The notes: a model not told the origin generated them from the sequence alone. Shown: positions 27,020 through 41,625, counted from the stretch's first letter. The stretch is DNA of 64,000 nucleotides from Eledone cirrhosa (GCA_964016885.1 OZ024743.1:184016001-184080000); one strand, 5' to 3'. Program-made: numbers and translations.

Positions 27020-27699
27020 TTATTCAAATCCCACCAAGGTTAACTTTGCCTTTCATCTTTATGGGGGTCGATAAAATAAAGTACCAGTAATGCACTGGGT
27101 ATTGTGCCAAAAGTAGAAACAATTATATTATAGATTCTTATTATTACCACCAGGGCAGTGGATTGGCAGTATCAGTAGAGGGTCGTATGCCATTCTTTGA
27201 TGCATAGAGTTACGGCCCTTGGATTCTGAGTTCAAATCCCGCCGAGGTTAATTTTGCCTTTCATCCTTACGGGGTCGATAAAATAAAGTACCAGTAATGC
27301 ACTGGGTAATTGCTGGCCTTGTGCCAAAAGTAGAAACAATTATTATTACTAGGTCATTACTCGTTGCTATGCTGCTGGTAAAACACACAAACAACCCCCA
27401 AATTTCACTTTATATGCAATGACTACCAAGTATCAACCAGATACTTATATCAGGCATCATTGGTATTAACAGTTTTCGATAGCTGTTCTTTTTGTATATA
27501 TGTATTGTACCAACATTCTCTTAACAAGTCACATCCCAAAAGTTGATAGGTAAATAAGTTTTGTAAAAAAATTGAGAAACTAAATATAGAAAGGTAGGAG
27601 TAGGAGGAGATGAAAAGAAGTATTAAGGAGTATAAAGGATATGAATTAATTTTGCATTAAGGATATTAGAATGGTATTAATATCAATTACATTTACTAT

Positions 27700-30270
27700 A
27701 AATATTAAACAGAAAAGATTGTGTTGAGAGATTTAAAAAGTTTGTGGGCAGTACTTGTTAGAAATATCTTTTGGATTTCATAGATGCTAGGTTTACCAGG
27801 TATGTTTTCTAGAAACTTTTGGACATCTTTCTTTATGGCACTTATAGCTCCTATCACTACTGGAATAGTTTGGGTTTTAAGGGGCCACATTCTGTTTATC
27901 TCAATTTCTAGTTCTTTATATTTTGCATGTTTTTCATACCTTTTGCTGGCACATTTCTATCAGATGGTACAGTTATGTCAATGAGCAAACAGGCCTCTCT
28001 GAGTACTGAATGGAGTTTCTTTTGGCTTTCATGATCTCTTACTAACACCATCATCCAATCGGCGCTCTTTGGGAACATTTATAAGTCTATTGTAGATGTT
28101 TTGTATGACAGTTCCAGTTGGATTAATCCTCTTCCCACTCCTTGTCTTCACAAATATAAGCAATCTATGTCTGCCTTGGAGTGATGCATTTTGTTGGCTG
28201 TTAGGAATTTTCGAGTTTTGGAGTCCATTCTTTCAAGATCAGATAAGTTCCAATTGATGATGTTGTAACTATATCATGTCACTGGTACAGCTAAGGTGTT
28301 TATAGCCTGGAAATGGTTTTTAGAATTTAGTTCAGTTTTCAGGATCAGCCTTACTCTTCTGTAATATTCTTTTTGTATTTTCTCTTTGTTTTTTAATTCC
28401 ATCACCTTTGTTTATGCCAAGATATATATAGGTCTTTTGGGGTCTAACTCCTGTATGGCTGTATTTATATCGAGTTGAACATGATGTTTTTGTTAGCTTT
28501 CCCCTTTTAAATGTTGCTTTGATGTATTTGTGAAGGCCAAATTCCATGCCAATTGTTATTGCTAAATTGCTTCACAGTTGTTAAAAGTCCTAACACTTGG
28601 TCATTTTTAGAGTACAATTTTAGGTCATCCATAAAAACAAATAGTTAAAGACTTCATTGTTGCTGTTCACTTTATACCCATATTCCATGTTATTGAGCTC
28701 ATTTGATATCAGAAAGAGAACAAGGCAAAAGAGGAGAGAGGAGGGAGAGTTTATCTGACTTGATAACTCCCTTGTTATGGTTTAAAAAGAGGGTTGTATT
28801 ATATTTTGTCATGCCAACTTGTAAAAAGTTAAATATCATAATCAATCTATAATCAATCCAAGCAGTACTTAGATTTTTCTTTTTAGACCGACAATTTTCT
28901 AGAATTATCTTATTAATTAAAAGTTGGTCTTTACATCCATATGCGTTCTGCTTTCCTTCTTTTTGTTCTTGTGGAATGATTTCATTTTCATCAAGTTATT
29001 TGTATATCCACTCAGTTAGTATAGATGTCATGGTTCTGTAAGTTCTAGTGAGACAAGTTGTTGGTCGCCTTCCATGCCATGATGCTCTCAATGAGGTCAT
29101 AAAGTATGGCTTGGATGCTGCAGGTTTCCCCTCCCAGCTTGAGCTGGTGCAGCTGGACCAAGGGGACGGCAAAAGGCCAGATGGCATGACCATCTTCCCG
29201 TTCCATGGTGGTAAACCCCTCATCAGGGATGCCACATTGAAGCGACACATTCTCCAGCATCAACCTGGTGCAGTCTGTGACTAACCTAGGCTCTGCTGTA
29301 CTTCAGGCTGAGGAGGGTAAATTTTCCAAATATTGGTTGCTCTCCGATAGGTTTGCAGTTAAGACCATAGCAGTGGAGACTTCTGGTGTCCTTGGCCCTA
29401 GGGCCACCTCCCTACCCACCACTATTGGCACAGAACTGGCTACCCACAGGAGTGAGCCTTGCGAGCTGGAATGGCTTTTCCAGTGCATCTCTATCACCAT
29501 CCTCCGGAGAAATACCTTCTCTATTCTGTCCACTGGGGCCATGGGGCAGCCAGTGCATGGGCCCCATTTTCTCATAAGAATGAGAGATGGGGAACACGGA
29601 AGAGACGGAGGCAGTGACAGTGGCAGTTTGGTTCCTTGATGTTTGGACCTGGTGTACATGTGTGTGTGACTGATTTAATAGTAATTTTTTTTTTCCTTTT
29701 ATAAATGACATCATCATATGGAGTGAGAAGAACAACTTGTTTCAAAGTTATTGGCCTATACATTTTTTGCTCTTTTTGTTTCAGCTGTTTTGAGGAGACG
29801 ATATGTTGTGATTTCTGTCAACCAGTTTGGGGTTTCATTTGGGTTTTGTATCATAGATGTAATTTCATTACCAAGTTCTTTATAAGTGCATTTAGCCAAA
29901 AGTTAAGGATTTGGTCTATTCCAGGTGATTTCCATTCATGTGCTTTACTAAGTGCCTGCCTTAGCTCTCAGAGCTCTATTTTTTGCCATTCCTGATGTTT
30001 AATATCTCTGTCTATTTCTCTATTAATCCATTCAGGTTCTTGATTATATTGTTTTTTTATTGCTCCATATATTTTTCCAAAATTGTTGAATCTCGTTCAT
30101 ACTAGGTGGTTCCTTAATCTCTATTGGGTGTTTCCCTATTTCTAAGTAAAATTTCATTGCACCAGTTTGAAAGATTTTGTATTGTTTATAGAACTTGCTT
30201 CTCTTATCATATCATCTAACTCTCTGTGCTTTGACCTGGATGCGTTGTTTTGGAATCTCTTTGGTGTTCA
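27700..30270 (-). mobile_element. R4/Dong-like non-LTR retrotransposon fragments (RT plus REL endonuclease), interrupted
   Basis: LFMDDLKLY at about 28610-28645, MEFGLHK..ATFKRGKL, C-terminal MWPLKTQTIPVVIGAI, and upstream KQRIQVKAQRVR..KRSKFYKQ at about 30170-30260. Confidence 0.75.
29040..29560 (+). mobile_element. CRE-like non-LTR element, REL endonuclease C-terminus
   Basis: HDALNEVIK...DGKRPDGMTIFPFHGGKPLIRDAT...KFSKY...IAVETSGVLGP...WLFQCISITILRRN. Second copy at about 36630-36935. Confidence 0.75.
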
Positions 30271-31485
30271 ATAAATTCTCTTCATCTGTGATCTTATACT
30301 TTCTTTCACCCAGTACACAAAACAAATTGAGATGGTCAGCACCACTCTTGGGAAGTATGAAATGGTAACAGGAGCAAAAACTAACCCAGAAAAGTTGGTG
30401 GTTCTGCAGCTCAGCACCTGGAGAGGCCTGTCTATGTTGGGTGCTGGACAGAGCAAAGGTGGCGAAAGCATAGATTGTGTCCATTATCATGCATGACTGC
30501 ACTAGAATGTTTACTCTTTCACTTTTTGTGGAAGGGACAGGTTCCACTGGTCAGGCAGTCTATTTTCTGTCAATACCCACTGCATGGAGGATTGGTCATA
30601 CTGTGGCTGATGATGTGCAAACATCTTCAATTTTCCTTGATGGTTAATAGATGTGGTCGCCATTCACCAGACACGTTTTCCCCCAGCTCAAGAGTGAGCA
30701 CTTGGAGATTGAAATGTCTTCAAGTGCTCCCAGCCCTCAGCCATCAGGCAGAACTCCATCTAGGCATTCTATAGAAGGTTAGTGACCAGAAAAAACGACA
30801 ACATTCTTGGGGAGACTGCATGTTGATGAAGATTAACCAACCACTCTTTTCCAGAGGACTTTTGATCCAGGGCACATAGATAACTTCCAGAAATCTTGCA
30901 GTGATACTGAGGATATTTGCCAGTTTGAGATAAACTCTACAGGCATAGAAGTACCATTAACTGGGCTTGTCTGATATGCCTACAGAGCGACAAAACCATC
31001 CTGCATGCATTAATCGAATGTCCGGGTATTGCTGATTTGAAGGTTTACGTTGAACACTTGCTGTCACATTTAGGACTGATCTCACTAGTAACTGAGTCCA
31101 TTGTGGAGATCTCCCTGTCGTCATCCTTTAAAAGGAAGGACAGGTTGTTTTTATCTGTCTGGTGGTCATGGCAAAAGAGGTCCTATGGTTTCACTTGAAG
31201 AGAAAAATCAGGATGGAGAGGGAAGTGCTGCTTTCCAACCACTTTGTTGAAGGTAGGTGAGAGAGGTGAGCATGGTCCAAATGAATGGGTTTGCTCTGAG
31301 TATGCACCTGTAAATTGGAGGACAAGTGGAGATGGCACTTGCTCTAGTGGTCAAGGTTACCTTGGCTTTTTGTGGGCTTTCTCCATGAGTTACCCTTGAA
31401 GATATTCCCACTTTTGGGGAATTTGTTATGTTTGATTTTTTAAATATTTATTTTTTTTAGTCTTTGATATAAACCTTTCATTCAC
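30270..31485 (+). mobile_element. Degenerate Tx1-like LINE 3' portion
   Basis: Decayed homology to 60290-61780, including the 3' UTR. Confidence 0.8.
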
Positions 31486-31487
31486 AC

Positions 31488-33716
31488 AAATCGCCTGGCT
31501 TGAATGGTCTACCCTATGAGCTTTACACAAACATGCCAGACCTGTTTGGCAAAATCCTAGTGGACGTTAACACCAACTGGTAGCAGAGCGGGAGAATTCC
31601 CAGTTCTGTGAGTTGAGGGGCAGCAGCACTGCTGAGAAAGGACCAAAACAAGAAGGGCGTTATAGACAATTTCAGGCCCATAACTAAATGCAGAGTTTAA
31701 GATTGTGGCCAAGGTGTTCACAACGAGGTTTGCACTTGTTGTCTGTAGTCTGGTAAGGGAGGCTCAATATGTCATCCATGACAACCTCCACCCACCTAAT
31801 GTGATACATCATAGAGAGAGTAGCTAAGGAATAGACCCTAATCAGTTTACATCAATCAAAGGCTCTCGATAGGATCAACCATCGCTTTCTCACAGCAGTC
31901 ATCAAAGCAGCCAGCTTTGGACCCATTTTGAGGGGCTGGATCACCACAATGCACAGTGACATCTGTTAGAGTGAACAGTCGCCTTTTGGAACCATTCAAC
32001 ATCATGAGCACTGTCCACCAAAGTTGTCCCCTCTCATCCCTTTTGTATTTATTGACTCTTGAGCCATTACCACAAGAAATGAAGACATTGAAGGGCATTC
32101 CCCATTAATTATGATGTGGGAGATCCGTGTTAATATATGCCAACTACGTCACCATAGTAATGTCAAACACCAATCACACTGAGATGATTGGCACTGCTCT
32201 CAGGGAGTATGAAGTGGTAACAGGAGCAAAAATTAACCAGGAAAAGTTGGTGGGCCTGCAGCTCGGCACATGTAGAGGCATGTCCATGCCATCTAATAGC
32301 ATTGTCAGGTGCTGGACGGATGGACCAGTTAAATTGCTCAGGGTCTGATTTGGACCAGACGACTATATGGACAAAAATGGACGAGATAAGGAGAAAGGTG
32401 GCCTCACTCACCCAGAAATGGGATGAGAAGAAGCTATCCTTGAAAGGTCACACAGATGTGGTGAACACATACATTGCGTCCATCATCTACTAACCTCTGA
32501 CCGCCATGTCTTGTCCTATCCCATGTCTGACTGCACTGGAATGTCTACTATTTGGTTTTTTGTGGGAGGGTCAGGTTTTACTGGTCAAGTGGTCCATCTG
32601 CTGTCAACAACCAGTACATGGAAGATTTGGCATACCATGGCTGATAATGCACAAACATATGCTTAAACTATGACATCAACTTTTCCTTGATAGTGAACAG
32701 GTGTGGTCGCCATTCACTTCACACATTTTTCTCCAGCTCGTCTCCTTAATGGAGCTGCAGTCCTTGGTCAAGCGACAACCGAGAGGGAGTGCTTGGATAC
32801 TGAAATGTCTTCAAGCGCTCACAACCCTCAGCCAACCAGGCAGTAAGATTGGTGGAAACTACACCTTGGCATTCTATAAAGGGTTAGTGGCTTAAAAAAA
32901 CTGCGACATTCGTTGGGAGACTCTGGGTATTCACGAAAATCAACTAGCCAATCTTTTCCAGAGGACTTTTGGTTCATAACTTTAAAAAAAACCTGGCCTG
33001 GCAGTGCTACAGAGGAACTTTGCCAGTTCGAGATAAACTCTACAGGCATAAAAGTGCCATCAGCCAGGCCTGTCCAAGATTTGCACAGTGCGACAAAACC
33101 TTCCTACATGCACTCATCAAGTATCCAAGTATTGCTGACCTGTGGGTTTATGTCAAATACCTGCTGTCATGTGTCGAGTGGATCAGACTATCAACTGAGT
33201 CCATTGTGAAGATTACCCTGCCATTTTCCTTTAAAGGTGAAGACATGCAGTTTTATCTGCCTGGTGGCCATGGCGAAAGAGGTCATGTGGTGGACGTGTT
33301 TGAAAGGGTTGAAGACAACCACTTTCCTCTTCAGCGAACTCTGATTAACTTTTTGGGGTTTCACCTGAAGAGTAAAATCAGAGTAGAGGGAAATACTGCC
33401 TTCTAGCCAGTTTGTTGAAAGATAGGTGTGAGTGGCGAGCATGGTCTGTGTGAATTGGCCTGCCTTGAGTAAACGCCTGTAGATTGGAGAACACTTTAGC
33501 CTAGCGAACAGGGTGACTGTGAATTTTTTGGGGGCTTTCTTCATGAGTGAACCTTTGGGGAATTTATGTTTGTTTTTTAAATGTTTATTTTCTTAGTCTC
33601 TGTTATAATTTTATTTTACACAAAAAACCCACACTGTACCGTCCTGTACTGTCTTTAATGTTTTCTTAATGTGAACCCTGTGTGACTAATATGCTAATTA
33701 TTATTATTTGGCAGTA
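31488..33716 (+). mobile_element. Degenerate 5'-truncated Tx1-like LINE ending in (ATT)n
   Basis: KSPGLNGLPYELY through RT and the C-terminal Cys region. The 3' UTR matches 61620-61860 and the tail reads attattattattt. Confidence 0.88.
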
Positions 33717-34039
33717 TCGGTAGAGCATCGGCAAGCATGCTTTGTGGCATATAGTTACGGCCCTTTATGTTCAAATCTCGTCATGGTTAGCTTTATTTTT
33801 CACCCTTTCAAGGTTGATAAAGTACCAGTAATGCACTGGGGATGGTTAAATCGACTTTCCCTTGAGCTTGCTGGTTTTACCACTATATATGGATAGCAGA
33901 CTGGTTAACATCTGTGGCTGCCACTTTCTCCATGTGTTTTCATGTGTATGCTTGTATGTATATTTGTGTAGGTACCTCTTTGTATATATGTGTATCTGTT
34001 TGCATGTGTATGTGTATGTGCATATATAATTAAGATTAC

Positions 34040-34210
34040 CTGAAGATGGTGTTATGGTACAGTTGCCACCATGCGGTGGTAGAATTGTCTGGAACTGGTA
34101 TGCAGTCACACTGGTTGTGTAGCCGTAAACATGTACCCCAAAATGTAGGCTGTAGGTATGTCCTCCCAGCAAAACACCTTCTTTCATAGCGAGGATATCA
34201 CTATCACTTT
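34040..34210 (-). CDS. PKD1-like gene exon (REJ module)
   Basis: ttttcAG / G|gtaatc. 171 nt, phase 1-1. ...TILPPHGGNCTITPSSG is a REJ motif. Confidence 0.88.
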
Positions 34211-35841
34211 CTGAAAATACAAATATTATTAGCAGAATGCAGTAGATTGGCAGAATCGTTGAAGCTTCAGACAAAAGCAACTGGAATTTAAATCTTAAGG
34301 AAACTACTTACAGTGTGTACAACAGAAGTACTTTGTGTTGTCCACAAGCTAATTTGTATAAATAAAAAGTTCAAATCACACTGAGGCCAGCTTTGCCTTT
34401 TATCCTTCAGAGGTCAATAAAATAAAGTTCCAGTCAAATTCTGGGATCGATATGATTACCTTTACTTTTCCCCCAAAATTGCCAACCTTGTGCTAAAATT
34501 AGAAGCCATTATCAGTTGAGGTCAATACACCCTTTGAATCACCTGATTTCAAAAATGTGTGGGCAGTTTTATGGTTCAATAAACCTTGCAAACAAAAACT
34601 TCCAAACCTATTTTAACATACAGCTGACCCCTGTCTGCATAGTTCTAAACCCAAGTTTTTGCCATAAGTTTATATTTTGTACCAAATACTACATGTGCTT
34701 ACATGGTAAATGATGGTGAAAAGATTTAAAACACCCATAAAATGTTAAACATAGCCATTACAAATGCTTCTCAGACTCAGATGATATCAAACACAGAGTC
34801 ATGGCAGCTACTTCAAAGATTTGTGCAGTTCTAAAAAATTCCTTGAAATAAACTCTGCAATATAGCACCTATTGAATACATAAACACATGATTTCAACAA
34901 TGAGAGGGCAGTTTAGAGTTCAATCAGTTATGTAAACAAAATATTCTGATCTTATATATTCACAGCAAAATCTATATAATAATAATAATAATAATGAAAT
35001 TATTGTATCATCAGCACTAGGTCACTACATACATTCAAATAAAGGAACATTTGTATATATAAATGCATTAGATATAGGTACGATATGGCAATTGTTTAAA
35101 GAAGTTTGCTTCACAACCTTATGATTTGGGGTTCAGTTCTACCGTGTGGCACCTTGGGCAAGTAAGTGTCTTCTACTATAGTCTCAGGATGATTACAAAT
35201 TACTAGAACCAATAAAAGAATTAAGAAACTCAGTGAAAAAATAATTAGATAAATAGCATAAACTTGGTGCTTACAATAACATTTCATATAGCTGTCTTTC
35301 TTTTTCACCATGTTTTTCTATAAAAAAAGGAGCTTCTCTAACTAATTTCTTGGCATCGAAATATCAAAAGTGGTGGTGGTGATTTTCTTTTCATCATCAC
35401 AACACCATGCATTTTAGTGAATGGGTTCCTATTTTATCCATACATATAAGATATACAAAATGTAAAGTTGACAGTGGTGAATACTAAACTCAGTACATGA
35501 AGATATGTAATAATTGTTTCTACTTTTGGCACAAGGCCAGCAATTACCCCAGTGCATTACTGGTACTTTATTTTATCAACCCCGTAAGGATGAAAGGTAG
35601 TTAACCTTGGTGGGATTTGAACTCAGAACGGAAAGGGCCATAACTTTATGCTGCAAAGCATGGTGTCTGACGCTCGACCGATACTACCAATCCACCATCA
35701 GTAATAATGTACTGAAGATGATGATGATGACATCAACTGTGTTGGCTGTGATGATGATGATGATGACTAGTTTGTACAAAACTAGTTTATAGCAGTGAAA
35801 AAAAGGCTGGCAAGATGTCATTTGCCAAAAATTGTTTTTAC

Positions 35842-36017
35842 CTGTCATTAACAGTTCTGAAAGATTAATGATTTCTGTGAAGCTACCATTGGTTAGATCT
35901 TTGATTAACAACTGCCAACTATAGCTGACAATATCCTTTGATGTACATGTAACACAGATACCAGTCAGACTCAACACTCCTGATGGATTCACTTTCTTCT
36001 TACAGTTCACTACACAC
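35842..36017 (-). CDS. PKD1-like gene exon (REJ module)
   Basis: ttttctAG / G|gtaaaa. 176 nt, phase 2-1. CVVNCKKKVNPSGVLSLTGICVTC...YSWQL. Confidence 0.88.
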
Positions 36018-36977
36018 CTAGAAAATATAGAAAATAATACAGAAATGGATAACTGAAGTTATAACATCAAATTATTCTAATGGTTGTCATTGCTCTTAAA
36101 ACAGTCAATATTGTTTTAAATCTCTGTAATGTTTTACCAGAAAATATCTAAAAAAAAAAAACAGTTTGTTAATTCAAATGTTTAGAGTAACTTTACTAGT
36201 GCAGAGATCATTGTGAAAATTTGAAGCATTAGAGTAAAAACATTAATTTTATTGTGATGCAGTGATAGTGTTGTTTTCATATTTTTAAAAAATGTCTTGC
36301 TAATGCGGCTTCACATTAGCAAGACATTGGTACAGAATGTCAAAAGTTAAATAAACTTCAGTGACAGCAGTGAGCACTCCACAGCAAAGGTAAACTTTTG
36401 GCAAGGTTTTCTCTTTTCATAGTTTAACCTGGAGGAGAGGATATACCATCTGATAAGTGAATGCAATAAACAGATTCAGAAGAACTATCAAATGAACAAA
36501 TTGATATTGCTCAGATAGTCAGGGACAGAGTGAAATATATAACTAAAATATGTAAGGAGATCAGTATACATGCTAGTCATATAGTATAATTAATTTTTCC
36601 ATTCTCGTCTGGGATGTCACATAATTTTAACACCTTCTCTAGTGGCAACCGTGTGCGTTCGGCTACAAACCCAGGCTTTACTGCCTGCCAGGTCAAAAAG
36701 GGCAAACTGCCAAAGTATCGGCTACTATCTGATAAATTTGTGGCAGTGAAGACTTCTGTCATTTTTTACTTGAGGACCACATCCTTGCTCACTGCTATTG
36801 TAGCAGAGTTGGCTACCTGCAACTGTAAGCCCCATGAGGTGGTGTGGCTGTTCCAGCACGTCTCCCTCACCATCCTTCAGGACAATGTCTTCTCCATCCT
36901 GTCCGCTGCTGGAACCACAAGATGGACTGACTCTTAAGTTTCATATACTAGGATTTTTTTCAACACACTGATGTGTA

Positions 36978-36984
<7 letters not shown>

Positions 36985-37064
<80 letters not shown>

Positions 37065-37290
37065 ATACATTTAAATGTATGAGTATATAAATATAAATGC
37101 ACAAACACAGACTCACAAAAATACACACTCACAGACATACATTTACACAAACATACACAAACATTCACACAAACACATTAACACAAACACACACATACAT
37201 TCACACAAATACACATACATTAACACAAACGCACACATACATTCACACAAACACACACACACATACACACATACACTCACACACGCATAG
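36985..37290. repeat. (GT)n microsatellite followed by CA-rich cryptic repeat
   Basis: Direct reading. Confidence 0.9.
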
Positions 37291-38593
37291 CAAATGGAAT
37301 GCCAGCCACTGTTTTGCTATAGTTTTTTCACCATTCACTTCCTTTCACACAAACACACACATTGGGTGACAGACGAACAGAAGTCGCTCAAATTTATATA
37401 TAGATGGAGGTAGCATATGGAACAAATTTACTAAAGATTTTAATGCATTTCAAATATATGAGAATTCTTTTTTACACAGTTACTGAAGAATAAATATCAA
37501 TCAGGATAATGTTATAGACTTTCTACAGGAACTTAATTTCTACAACTAATATAACATCTATCTACTCGTCTGTCTGTCTATTTGTCTATCCATTTCTCTA
37601 CATATATATTGAAATGTCAAATAGCTAAGATGACTGTCCCTCCCATCACTTCATGATAATGAGAAAATGACTAGATAGTGTTGAAGCTGAAAAAAATATG
37701 TAAAAAAAAAGCCTAGATCATCAACATTGACCCTTTAAATATCAACCCACTCACAACCGCTTCTGGTTCCATGAAAAGAACCAATCCATTTTAAAGGGGT
37801 TTTATTTAAATTAAAACCTAATAATTTTATATATGAATGTTTTATGAAGTTTTTTTGTTATAAATACTATCATCATAATGATATATTTGACAATACTTTC
37901 AAATTCCTCATGAATGAATTCCTTTAGAAATATGGTAATGAGAATATTAGAATCTATTTTTGAAGTGAGAAGAAATGCATAAAATGATTAAGATCTAAAG
38001 CATATGATTATGACTGTGTGGTCACTAAAAAAAATATAATATAATACAAAGGGTTCTGGGTTTTGATAGCTTGGTAGATAAAGATTACATTAGGACTGAA
38101 TAACTCAAGAGAACTAATTTGTTAGGTGCATCCAGAATATTGAAAATGTTGATATTTTCATTTAAACACAATGAGGACCTGTGACATTCATGCCCTTCTC
38201 ATGTATATAAAGGAATATACACTTTAACAGAGTAGATCTTCATTTATTCTATATAGTGTTTACATTATTATTTAGTATTTACATTATTCTATATTTACTA
38301 TTATATTTTCATGGTAAATTATCTCATATAATATCGAATCTATGAGATTTTAGTATCATTTATTTTTAAAATAATACCTTAACATCGGTATAAGTGGCTA
38401 GTTATAGCTGGTTTAAACAGAAAGAGGTGAGAGAATTCTGGCCAGATACGGCCGGTTTAAATGCTAAAGAGTTAAGGTTTTATAGAGTAGTATTGTTGTG
38501 CACAGTAAAAAAAAATTACCGTTGTTAATCTATAGCTGAGAAGTAAAAAACAAAATGGTCATAATATGTTATGAAGTAGGATAAAAATATTAC

Positions 38594-41345
38594 CTGATTT
38601 CCAATATATGAGGAATACCATCAACAATTTGTAAAGTTTGTTCGTAATTAGCAGTCCGCTGACCCTTTGACACAACCACTTTAAAAATTCCTTTGAAATT
38701 TCTTCCGAATAATCTGGAATCTAGTGTAAATGTTCCATCTGTAATGCTGTTTAAAATATTGGTTAACTTTGAAGAAGTTATGTTCTGGCTGGTGATAATT
38801 GTACAATTCCATTTGAAAGATAAATTATCTTTTATTTCATCGGCATCGTAAGTGCCATTTACAGCATCCATTTTGAATATTTTTCCGTAACCCACCCGTC
38901 TCAAATTTCCACCCTGAATCTGAGTGACAAGAGGAGATGCTTTGATAGCCAGATATGAAAAATCATTACTATACAAACCTTTAACCTTTCCTATCGAAAC
39001 ATTTAATGATATCTTATAGATCCCAATTTCAAAAGTCAATGGTTTGAACATCAATCTGAACATATAGGTGGCTACTGAAGTGGCTTCATAAGGAATATGG
39101 ATTCGATTTAAATAAGTGTCCCCTGGCAAGATACGTTCCACTTTCCAAATATAATCAGCATTACTCTTTTCATCACAAATCAAATCAGCTGTGCTATGGA
39201 GTAGTATCCAATCTGATCGTAAATGATATTTCGGCTTGTCAATATCTTGATATGCACCTTTGATTCGTACAATAGGGTATTCACAACTGACACTTGAAAT
39301 TATTGCTAACTGATCAATGGAACGCTCTGAAACCAAGTTAAAGACTTTCACACTCACCAAAAATGTTCCGTTCAATTTATAAATGTGTGAATGGGTTATC
39401 TGTTTTGGAGTTGGAAAAATATAAGAGTCAGGAGTCGAATTTATGCAAGTTTCATAGAATGGTGATCCATCAGCCATATCCCAAGATATGCAAGAGTTAG
39501 TACCAACTTTAGAAAGAGTTAGAGTAAATTTGATTGGTATTGTAGGTACTTTAGGTCCATCATTGGAGAATGACTTTATCTCTGTGATTTGTTGAATCTT
39601 TATATCTAAGTAATTAACTTTGTGATACAAAGCATTACTGACGTTTACACTGACCCTGCAATTTCCTGGTGATGTAAATCTATGTGAAATAGATGGTTTT
39701 TCTGTTATGATTTCAATTGACTTCTCTAACTGCCACATGTAGTTCAGTGTGTTTCCACTGCTGGTTATGGCAACAAATGTCACATTCCTTTCTAATGGGA
39801 AAGTATTGTTTAAGCTACCGTGACCACTTCTAAAAGAATTCTTACTGTCAGAAATACTGTAATAGTGGGTAATTTCCAGATCATTTATCTCTTCAAGCAC
39901 CCATATGTTTGCACTGGTGTTATAAGCTGAAACATCATTTTTCACAAAAAAATATACTGGGTAACTTCCTGGAGAAGAAAACGTATCTTTTACCAGTATT
40001 TGAAATGGATGACTAATCAAAGGTTGTGATGAATTAATCGAATTATTGTTAATGATATATTCATACAAAACATGGGAACCAGATTCAATTGTGAATTCTA
40101 AATGTACTGTTTCATTGAGTGCTATGAAATATTTGTCTGCTGTTATATTCACTCCAGTAATACCAACCTGGGCGAGAACCCATGTCGATAATAGTTGGTT
40201 ATCCAGTGCATTACTGCAATTAACTGTTAGAGATGTATTACCAAGGACATCATTAGGCCAGGCTCTTGAAAACTCCAGTGGTTGATTGATGGCAAGCATG
40301 TCGGTATAAGCCTCTGTCATGTGTACATTGTTAACAATGGGATAACAAACAACATCAGTTGGAGGGCTAGATGGCTCGTGGTAAGAAATTGACATAAATA
40401 AATCCTGAATCGGTATAATTAGTTTCTTGTCCACTGTAAGTGATAACTTATGAACTGGGTTAAGTACAATCATTTGCCTGTCAAGTTGGGCACTGACATT
40501 TCCTTCATCATTGCTGGCTCTTACACAAATGTTATAATGGCCAATAGTCTTTAAAACTACTTTGATTTTTTTCAAAGCTGCTCCTGTCTTCCAATTAACA
40601 GGATATATTTGATTTAATAATGATCCACTACTGACAAAAGCACTGTAAGTTATATTGCTCCCTGTTTGGGTTTCAATCTTGATGGCAAACTCCTTTGAGG
40701 GTTTTACATAATATTTTGCTGTGGATATAGTAATACCAGATATTCGTTCGTTGAGTACAAATGTTTTTTGTAAAACACTAGAACTTAGTTGGTTAGAGAA
40801 AACAACAGTAACATTGTGGGTTCCGGGTTCAAATGCTCGCTGAACCACCACATGGCTGTTATTTTTCATGTTTGCAATATAGTCATGTTGCATACTATTT
40901 CCATCAAATATCCACTGGATGTTTAAGTTTTGTACAATATTTTGCTCAGATGGCTTTTTAAGAGAAATAAGGAAAGATTTTAGATGAATGTTAGTATACG
41001 TAGAACGAACATCTTCCATTTGCAAATGAAATTCCGGAAGAATCTGTTGCACAAAAATTTCTTTTGTGTTGGATGCTGAACTAATATCATTCCAAGCTGT
41101 GACGTTAATATAGAAAGAACCCACAGAGGAATATCCATGCTTAAAAACAATTTGTGACATGAAGGAAATCTCATTTTTGTTGACAGTAGTCTCACTATGG
41201 TTGTCTCCATAGTTAACCATGTATGACAAATGAGAACCCGAATTTGAAGTAACTATAAATTCGATAATTTCACCAATCCTGTAAACTTGTTGTGCAGTTG
41301 ACAGAGTCACGCGTCGAATAGGATCCTCCAATTTCTCTGTACTAT
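38594..41345 (-). CDS. PKD1-like gene giant exon: multiple PKD/Ig-like repeats and start of REJ module
   Basis: 2752-nt open frame between ttttgtttAG and AG|gtaat, phase 1-2. PKD-like motifs (GSHLSYMVNYGD, HGYSSVGSFYINVTAWNDIS, WDMADG, HIYKLNGTFLVSVKVFNLVS) are followed by REJ-type PLVTQIQGG...DAVNGTYDAD...FKWNC. Confidence 0.92.
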
Positions 41346-41625
41346 CTAAACAAAATAAAACAAAATGCAAAATAATTTTAAAAAAAAGATTAATGTGGAA
41401 AATATTAATGGGGAATGATTGAGAGGGAGATTAATGGAAAAGATTAGTGGGAAAAAGTTAAGTGGAAAAGATTAATGCAAAAAAATTAGGGGCATAATTA
41501 ATGGGAAAAAGATTAATGGAAAAAATTCAAATAAAGGAAACAGAAGAAAGAATTGTTCTAAGAACAAAAGAAAAAGAGTGGAAATATACAGCACGATGGT
41601 AAGCTACATACAGAAGGTTGTGCAC

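Noticed and set aside
36934-37369. HT/TH-repeat ORFs
   Set aside because: Artefacts of (GT)n/(CA)n microsatellites.
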